The translations under genes were made by a program, and so were the position numbers. A stretch of DNA of 31,498 bases, taken from assembly GCA_009783515.1 (NCBI GenBank), contig WRDI01000010.1, positions 1 through 31,498 of the forward strand, written 5' to 3'. The notes beneath the pieces are model-generated. The model saw only the letters and a list, made by a program, of their open reading frames with translations. It did no database searches and had not been told where the DNA came from. Shown here one piece after another: positions 25,764 to 31,498 of this stretch. This stretch comes from Bacillota bacterium (GTDB lineage Bacteria; Bacillota; Clostridia; Christensenellales; Pumilibacteraceae). Positions within the stretch are counted from its first letter, which is position 1; each line of letters opens with the position of its first letter.

Positions 25764-26315
25764 GTGCGGATAAGAGAGGAACAACAAAGCGACTTTGACG
25801 AAATATACCGCCTTGTTAAAAAGGCGTTTGAGAGCACAGAAAAAGCGGATGGCGATGAGCAGGACTATGTGCTTAAATTACGGGCGGGGACAGGGTATAT
25901 CCCGCAGCTTGCGCTTGTGGCGGAGGACGGCGGTAAGTTAATCGGGCATATTATGCTGACAAAAACGTATATTGAAACGGAGAACGGGAGTGTTGATACG
26001 GAAAAGGGAAGTATTGTAACGGAGAAGAAAAGCGTAGAGGCCTTGCTGCTTTCACCCTTGGCGGTTTTGCCCGAATATCGGAACAAGGGCGTGGGCGCAA
26101 GCCTTGTGCGGGAGGCTTTGGCAAGGGCAAATGTGGCGGGGTATATCGCGGTGTTTTTGTGCGGCGACCCACACTATTACGGGCGATTCGACTTTATTCC
26201 CGTCGATAATTACAACATATCGTATGACATGGACATTCCGCGTCAATATGTGCTGTGTTGCGATTTAGGGGCGTGGCGGCTGAAAGGTATTGTGGGCAAA
26301 ATTTCAATAGTGTAA
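25764..26315 (+). CDS. GNAT-family N-acetyltransferase (GTG start after a GGGAGG RBS).
   Basis: …LVAEDGGKLIGHIMLTK…AVLPEYRNKGVGASLVREALARA…FLCGDPHYYGRFDF is the acetyl-CoA-binding motif. The upstream part of ORF 25683 is basic low-complexity. GGGAGG plus 6 nt then GTG at 25764. Confidence 0.75.
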   Translation: MRIREEQQSDFDEIYRLVKKAFESTEKADGDEQDYVLKLRAGTGYIPQLALVAEDGGKLIGHIMLTKTYIETENGSVDTEKGSIVTEKKSVEALLLSPLAVLPEYRNKGVGASLVREALARANVAGYIAVFLCGDPHYYGRFDFIPVDNYNISYDMDIPRQYVLCCDLGAWRLKGIVGKISIV

Positions 26316-26325
26316 ATATATGAAA

Positions 26326-26581
26326 GTGGAGTTTGGAGAGTGAATAGTGGAGTTAAGGTTGGATTTCATTATGAATATGACCGTAAAAGAGAATTTCGCA
26401 TACCCTTTATAAATCTTGCGCTACAATTTAATTGTCATCCTGAGCGTAGCGAAGGATCTTTTCCGTATAATGAAAGGTCAAGATCCTTCGCTGCGCTCAG
26501 GATGACATTGTCATGTTTGAATTCCATCAAACATTGAGCATTAAAATCCAACCTTAACTCCACTCTTTATTCTCCACACTC
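26326..26581. repeat. Inverted-repeat-flanked element containing a 27-bp-stem hairpin. The outer repeats are gtggagtttggagagtgaatagtggagttaaggttgga and tccaaccttaactccactctttattctccacactc. The hairpin stem gtcatcctgagcgtagcgaaggatct and its complement lie at 26432-26508.
   Basis: Read directly in the sequence. ORF 26340-26537 (…HPERSEGS…SFAALRMT…) is just the translation of this hairpin. A partial copy of the outer repeat lies at 20895-20953. Confidence 0.7.
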
Positions 26582-26645
26582 TTTTGTAATTTGTAATTTC
26601 GTTAATAAACATTTTTTTCGGTAACAATATTAGCAGGAGGCAACC

Positions 26646-27398
26646 ATGCAAAAATTAATAGCGGGAAACTGGAAAATGAATTACGGCGGGGCGGACGCGG
26701 TTCCCCTCGCGACAGCTCTAAAGTCGAAAATCGTCGACCCCAAATGTGGGGTGTGCGTGTGCCCGCCCTTTACCGCCATTGCCGCCGTCGCCCGCGTCCT
26801 GTTGGGGACAGGTATCGCCGTGGGCGGGCAAAACGTCGCGTGGGAGGATAAGGGGGCGTTTACGGGCGAAATCAGCGCGCCCATGTTGCATGAATGGGGG
26901 GCGACCTACGCCATCGTGGGGCACAGCGAGCGGCGCACATACTTTTGCGAGGATGCTGTCACCACGGGCAAACGCGCGTTAAACGCGCTGAAACACGGGA
27001 TTATGCCCATTTTGTGCGTCGGCGAAACATTAGAGGAACGCAGAGCGGGGGCGATCGAAAACGCATTAAAAGCGCAACTAGAAGGGGCTTTTGCGCACAT
27101 TGACGCGGGCGGCGAGCAAAGTTTGGTCGTTGCGTACGAGCCCATTTGGGCGATAGGCACGGGCGTCCCCGCGACGGTAGAGAACGCGCTGTCCGCCGTG
27201 GGATTTATACGGGCATGGCTGATAAGTAAGTACGGCGTTGCGCCAAAAGTATTATACGGCGGTAGCATGACCGCCCTTAACGCGCACGAATTTTTATCCA
27301 AAGGAATCGACGGCGGCCTTATCGGCGGGGCGAGTTTGAAGCCGGAGGAGTTTGCGGATATAGTGAGGATTGCAGAAAAAATAATGCGCAATGCTTAA
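26646..27398 (+). CDS. tpiA: Triosephosphate isomerase.
   Basis: …IAGNWKMN…GHSERR…YEPIWAIGTG…GGS… are classic TIM motifs. RBS aggagg. Confidence 0.95.
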   Translation: MQKLIAGNWKMNYGGADAVPLATALKSKIVDPKCGVCVCPPFTAIAAVARVLLGTGIAVGGQNVAWEDKGAFTGEISAPMLHEWGATYAIVGHSERRTYFCEDAVTTGKRALNALKHGIMPILCVGETLEERRAGAIENALKAQLEGAFAHIDAGGEQSLVVAYEPIWAIGTGVPATVENALSAVGFIRAWLISKYGVAPKVLYGGSMTALNAHEFLSKGIDGGLIGGASLKPEEFADIVRIAEKIMRNA

Positions 27399-27505
27399 TG
27401 CTCAATGCTCAATGACGGTCGTGTTTTTTCAAATCAACCAATACTTCAAGGTACATTTCTTAAATTTGTCCTTCATTACGCATTAAGCATTGCGCATTGA
27501 GCATT
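27383..27505. repeat. Heptad-inverted-array element between tpiA and gpmI. The left arm (aatgcgcaatgcttaatgctcaatgctcaatgac) begins inside the last five codons of tpiA. The right arm is cattacgcattaagcattgcgcattgagcatt.
   Basis: Read directly in the sequence. The right end is about 90% identical to 2101-2140. Confidence 0.75.
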
Positions 27506-27521
27506 AAAAAGGAAACACATA

Positions 27522-29039
27522 ATGAAAACAGACGCACTAATCATCCTCGACGGCTACGGCCTTTCGGACAACACGGCGGGCAACGCGATTGCCGCTGCAA
27601 ATACTCCGTTTTTGGATTATTTAACAAAAAACTACCCATATTCGCGCCTGACCGCCGGCGGATTGGACGTTGGGCTTCCCGCGGGGCAGATGGGCAACAG
27701 CGAGGTGGGGCACCTCAATATTGGCGCTGGCAGGGCGGTGTACCAGGACATAACCGCCATCGATAACGCCATTGATGACGGCGACTTTTTTGCTAATCCC
27801 GCGTTTGTGAAAGCCATGAAAAATGCAAAAAACGGGAGCGGACGCCTGCATTTGGCGGGGTTATGCAGTGACGGCGGCGTACATAGCAGCTTAAACCACC
27901 TTTACGCGCTTTTGGCAATGGCAAAAAAACATGGAATAAAAGAGGTTTTAATCCACTGCGTGACGGACGGGCGGGACACCCCGCCCAAAAGCGCGGCGGG
28001 TTTTGTCGCGCAAATCGAAGCAAAATGCAAAGAAATAGGGGTGGGCAGAATAGCCACTGTGGTCGGTAGGTATTACTTTATGGACCGCGACAACCGCTGG
28101 GAACGGCTTGAAAAAGGGTATAACTGTATTTTTGAAGGCGAAGGGCGGCGATTTGACAGCGCAAACGGGGCACCGACTGCGGCGTATAAAGAGGACGTGA
28201 CCGACGAATTTTTGTTTCCCTGTGTGATAGGCGGTTACGACGGCCTAAAACACAGCGAAAGCTTTATATTTTTCAACTTCCGCGCGGACAGGGCGCGGGA
28301 AATCACACAGGCGGCGACAAACCCCGATTTTGACAAATTCACACGTAAAAGCGGCTTTTTGTTCCCCTTATACGTTGGAATGACGCAGTATGACGCCTCA
28401 TTCAAGGGGTTGTACACTGCCTTCAAGCCCAAAAGCCTCAAAAACACTCTTGGCGAATTTTTGTCCAAGAGCGGCAAAACGCAAGCGCGGATCGCCGAAA
28501 CGGAGAAATACGCCCACGTCACCTTTTTCCTTAGCGGCGGCGTGGAAAAGGCGGTCAAGGGGGAGCAGCGGCGCCTTATCCCCTCGCCCAAGGTCACGAC
28601 CTACGACTTGGTACCTGAAATGAGCGCGAAGGCGGTCGCGGACAAGGCTGTTTCGGTTGTCGGGGGCGTGGACGCGCTTATACTTAACTTTGCGAACTGC
28701 GACATGGTGGGGCATACGGGTGTGTACGATGCGGCGGTTAAGGCGGTCGAAACGGTGGACACACAACTTAAACGGGTGGTTGACGCGGTATTAGAAAGCG
28801 GCGGCACGGCGCTTGTCACCTCCGACCACGGCAACGCGGAGCGTATGATTATGCCCGACGGGACGCCCATGACGGCGCACACAACAAACCTCGTCCCGCT
28901 GTGGCTGGTTGGGGAAAAATTCAAAGGCGCGAAACTGAATGACGGGCGCCTTTGCGACCTCGCTCCCACGCTTTTGGAGGTTATGGGGCTTGATAAGCCC
29001 GCTGAGATGACGGGGCGAAGCCTTATTGTTAATGCGTAA
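27522..29039 (+). CDS. gpmI: 2,3-bisphosphoglycerate-independent phosphoglycerate mutase.
   Basis: 505 aa. MKTDALIILDGYGLSD…, …SEVGHLNIGAGR…, …VTDGRDTPP… and …DHGNAE… are present. Confidence 0.95.
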   Translation: MKTDALIILDGYGLSDNTAGNAIAAANTPFLDYLTKNYPYSRLTAGGLDVGLPAGQMGNSEVGHLNIGAGRAVYQDITAIDNAIDDGDFFANPAFVKAMKNAKNGSGRLHLAGLCSDGGVHSSLNHLYALLAMAKKHGIKEVLIHCVTDGRDTPPKSAAGFVAQIEAKCKEIGVGRIATVVGRYYFMDRDNRWERLEKGYNCIFEGEGRRFDSANGAPTAAYKEDVTDEFLFPCVIGGYDGLKHSESFIFFNFRADRAREITQAATNPDFDKFTRKSGFLFPLYVGMTQYDASFKGLYTAFKPKSLKNTLGEFLSKSGKTQARIAETEKYAHVTFFLSGGVEKAVKGEQRRLIPSPKVTTYDLVPEMSAKAVADKAVSVVGGVDALILNFANCDMVGHTGVYDAAVKAVETVDTQLKRVVDAVLESGGTALVTSDHGNAERMIMPDGTPMTAHTTNLVPLWLVGEKFKGAKLNDGRLCDLAPTLLEVMGLDKPAEMTGRSLIVNA

Positions 29040-29184
29040 TGCGTAATGAGCAATGAAGGATAGGTGAAAAAAATGCTCGATGTGCGATGCACAGTGCTCA
29101 ATTACTTGTGAAAATTGTTATAGTATGTACTGCGAAATGGCATAAAACTCAAATTTGACATTCATTGAGCATTGCACATTGAGA
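29031..29184. repeat. Heptad-inverted-array element between gpmI and the nitroreductase-like gene. The left arm (aatgcgtaatgcgtaatgagcaatgaa) overlaps the gpmI stop codon. The right arm is cattgagcattgcacattgag.
   Basis: Read directly in the sequence. Near the right arm, aaatttgacattcattgagc matches aaatttgaccttcattgagc at 2090-2110. Confidence 0.7.
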
Positions 29185-29200
29185 ATGAGAGGAATATATC

Positions 29201-29956
29201 ATGAACAAATATACGGTTTTGGCGGAAACAATCTATAAAAGGCGGTCGGTACGGGAGTACTCGTCCGTGCCCGTAGGGCTTTTGGATACAGCTGCGGACT
29301 TGACGGAGGTTTTTAACGTTCAGTCTTTGGTTCCCGACATAAGGGTCATGATCAGAGTGCTGAAAGAGAGCGAGGTGAAAAACGGCCGCTCGGACTATTG
29401 CATAGCCTTTTACAGCGAGGAAAAGCCGTTATACTTAGAAAATATCGGCTTTATCGGACAACAGATTGATTTGGAGCTTCAATCGAGGGGTCTGGGGACG
29501 TGCTGGTGGGGGATGAAAAAGCCGAAAAAGGATTACAGGAGTGAGGACGGACTGACTTGCATTATTACCATGACGGCGGGGCAGCCCAAAAACACCGAAA
29601 CGCGGAGTTATCCCGACGGCTTTAAAAGAAAGGCGGCGAAAGATATTTTAATCGGCGGCGGGGCGAATATTGTGGCGGACGGTCTGATCGAGGCGGTCAG
29701 AATCGCCCCCAGCGCGGTAAATTTGCAGCCGTGGCTTGTCGAAAAAGAGGGGAACAAGTATAGTTTTTATATCCGTCCGCCCAAGGGGCTTATGGAAAAA
29801 ATGATTGGCAACATGAGGCGAATCGACATGGGTATCGCTTTGGCGCACCTGTTTGTCGCGGCAAGGTCGGCGGGGCAAGATGTTATTTTTGATTTTGACG
29901 GGAGGGATAGGCCGGAGGGCGCGTTTGTGGCGGGCGTTGTGGTGGGTGAGCAGTGA
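29201..29956 (+). CDS. Nitroreductase-superfamily protein (long form).
   Basis: RRSVREY near the N-terminus and …APSAVNLQPW… are hallmarks of the nitroreductase fold. 251 aa. Confidence 0.7.
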   Translation: MNKYTVLAETIYKRRSVREYSSVPVGLLDTAADLTEVFNVQSLVPDIRVMIRVLKESEVKNGRSDYCIAFYSEEKPLYLENIGFIGQQIDLELQSRGLGTCWWGMKKPKKDYRSEDGLTCIITMTAGQPKNTETRSYPDGFKRKAAKDILIGGGANIVADGLIEAVRIAPSAVNLQPWLVEKEGNKYSFYIRPPKGLMEKMIGNMRRIDMGIALAHLFVAARSAGQDVIFDFDGRDRPEGAFVAGVVVGEQ

Positions 29957-30404
29957 CCAGTGGTCAGTGGTCAGTATCGGTTGGATTTTAAGAAAAAAGG
30001 GGCGGCGTAAATTCCCCTCTCGAGGGGGGCGAGCGTTAAGCAAATGTGCCTGTGGCACATTTGTAGCAAAGCCCGAAGACTTCCCTGTTTGGGTCTGGGT
30101 GGCGGGACGGGGTGGAAAACGTGTTTGGTTGGATTAAAAAGCCACAATAAAATGGCGAGGTGAAAAAACAATCACATCGCCATTATTTTTGTAAAACAAC
30201 TCCATCTTACCCGCCGCAAACTTTCCACCCCGCCCATTGTCGAGAAACACCCCGCCCCCTGTCAGGTAAGCATTCGCGGCTTCGCTACAAACATGCCTGT
30301 GGCATGTTTGCTTAACGCTTCGCCCCCCTCCGAGGGAGGGGAATTACGTTAAGCCCATTTATAAAAACCACAACCTTTACTGACCACTGGTCACTGGTCA
30401 CTAT
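29953..30404. repeat. Three-level nested palindrome filling the whole convergent intergenic region. The outer pair is gtgaccagtggtcagtggtcag / ctgaccactggtcactggtcac. The middle pair is aattcccctctcgagggg…gcgttaagcaaa-hairpin-tttgtagcaaagc in both orientations. The inner pair is ggcgggacggggtggaaaacg / ctttccaccccgccc.
   Basis: Read directly in the sequence. Confidence 0.75.
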
Positions 30405-31153
30405 TACTTTGTTTCTATCAGCGCTTCGTCCTCTTTTTTGTCCTTGTAAAACAAATATTTCCCCGCTAAGCCCGCCAAAGCGGCGCCGGCGAGAGGGGCG
30501 ACGATAAACGCCCATAATTCCTTAAGCGCGTCCGCGCCGCCGAAAATCGCGATGCCAAGGCTGCGGGCGGGATTGACCGACGTGCCCGTCAAATTTATGC
30601 CCAAAAGGTGAACGACGGTAAGTGCAAGGCCAATCGCTATTCCCGCTACGGCGGGGTGTCCTTTTTTGGAGGTAACGCCCAAAATCGTAAGGACGAAAAT
30701 AAAGGTCAAGGCGATTTCTACTATCAAGGATAAAATAATTTGCTTCGCGGTCGTATCGGCAATAGCGTAATGATTAACGCTGTTTCCGAAGAATCCGGCG
30801 AATCCACCCTCCCAAAGAGAGACAGCTATGTTTAGCGGAGAATAGAATAATTTGGCTATCCCGAACAATAACGTACCGCCGATAATCGCACCGATTATTT
30901 GCGCGACAACGTACCCCAAAAAGTCCTTGCCGTCGATTTTTTTGGTAATCAGCGCGCCCAACGACACGGCGGGGTTGATGTGGCAGCCGCTTATATTGCC
31001 GATACTGTACGCCATGGCGATTAAAACAAGCCCGAAGGCAAGCGCGGTCGCGACCAAGTCGCCTTCGCTGAATACCGCAACACCGCAGGCGACAAAAACC
31101 AAAACGCAGGTGCCGATTGCCTCGGCGATATACTTTTTAAAACGCAATTTCAT
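30404..31153 (-). CDS. MIP-family channel (aquaporin / glycerol facilitator).
   Basis: 249 aa. Two NPA boxes (SGCHINPAVSLG and SVNPARSLG) and six predicted helices. Confidence 0.9.
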   Translation of the reverse strand: MKLRFKKYIAEAIGTCVLVFVACGVAVFSEGDLVATALAFGLVLIAMAYSIGNISGCHINPAVSLGALITKKIDGKDFLGYVVAQIIGAIIGGTLLFGIAKLFYSPLNIAVSLWEGGFAGFFGNSVNHYAIADTTAKQIILSLIVEIALTFIFVLTILGVTSKKGHPAVAGIAIGLALTVVHLLGINLTGTSVNPARSLGIAIFGGADALKELWAFIVAPLAGAALAGLAGKYLFYKDKKEDEALIETK

Positions 31154-31349
31154 GATAGTTCTCCTTTTTGTTGTGGACTTTTTATAGGATTTTTTATCGG
31201 ACTTCGCCGCGCAAAACCGTTTGATGGGTTGTACCGACCTTATCTTCCGTTATTTTAAACCATTATTTTGTAATTGTCAAGCAAAAAAGAGGTTGAGATT
31301 CTCCGCTTCGCTTTGAATGACAAAGCAAAAAGCTTCTTTTGCTGAAACC

Positions 31350-31498
31350 CAACCTTAAAAGCGCCAATGGGGTCCGGAGGGCACTGCGTTAAGCAAACAG
31401 TCCAGTGGACTGTTTGTAGCAAGTGCCGCCGCAAGTGTCCCCGGCGCCTATTTACCACCCCAAAAAACATACAATGTTTTTTGGGGACCCCGGTTGGT
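31350..31498. repeat. Multi-hairpin repeat element, copy B. It is the reverse-complement orientation of 25455-25650 and is truncated by the window end.
   Basis: gcgttaagcaaacagtccagtggactgtttgtagcaag and ccccaaaaaacatacaatgttttttgggg hairpins, with flanks matching copy A. Confidence 0.6.

Noticed and set aside
26340-26537. 65-aa ORF (…HPERSEGS…SFAALRMT…)
   Set aside because: It is exactly collinear with the two arms of a 27-bp hairpin and is therefore a translation artefact of a structured repeat.
1-31498. CRISPR array
   Set aside because: There are many repeats, but none has the CRISPR organisation of identical 25-40 nt repeats separated by unique spacers of similar length. The heptad arrays are 7-nt tandems in inverted pairs. 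There are no cas genes.
1-31498. Stop-codon reassignment as an explanation for the stop-rich tracts
   Set aside because: All recognisable genes terminate at TAG, TGA or TAA with full-length conserved products, and TGA is not read through in any conserved domain. The standard code fits.
1-31498. tRNA, rRNA or other canonical RNA genes
   Set aside because: No T-loop-like GTTCGAATC motifs or rRNA-like stretches were seen in the intergenic regions. The structured elements present are repeats.

Overview
This 31.5 kb window looks like core chromosome from a high-GC (about 58%) endospore-lineage Firmicute. A spoIIID homologue, GGAGG-type ribosome-binding sites and standard stop codons support a Clostridia-type anaerobe using the standard genetic code. 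Most genes are housekeeping. In order they are: a partial 2-oxoacid:ferredoxin oxidoreductase gamma subunit, sucC and sucD with a tightly linked half-size AAE-family transporter, DegV, an NfeD-flotillin pair, a 1449-aa secreted S8 subtilase with BspA-type LRR and Listeria-Bacteroides repeats, an aldo/keto reductase-ferredoxin fusion, spoIIID, two nitroreductase-family genes, mini-RNase III, thyA-folA, an RlmB-like methyltransferase, a GNAT, tpiA-gpmI and an aquaporin. There is no CRISPR array, integrase, tRNA or rRNA.

Two things stand out. The first is a 1.8 kb low-GC island (about 40% GC, 4440-6290) carrying a small Cys-rich protein, an XRE helix-turn-helix regulator and a membrane-anchored coiled-coil protein. 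It is the best candidate for an acquired, possibly defence-type or abortive-infection-type module. The second is an unusually dense set of structured intergenic repeats. These include inverted arrays of tandem heptamers (AATGCNC, ATTTACN, CAGTGGT units) flanking short cores and sitting between cistrons of operons. They also include hairpin modules with conserved flanks and covarying stems, nested palindromes spanning whole intergenic regions, and stop-codon-rich heptad tracts directly after many stop codons. All repeat calls come from reading the sequence by eye. The function of the repeats and of the island is unknown and needs database and RNA-seq checks.
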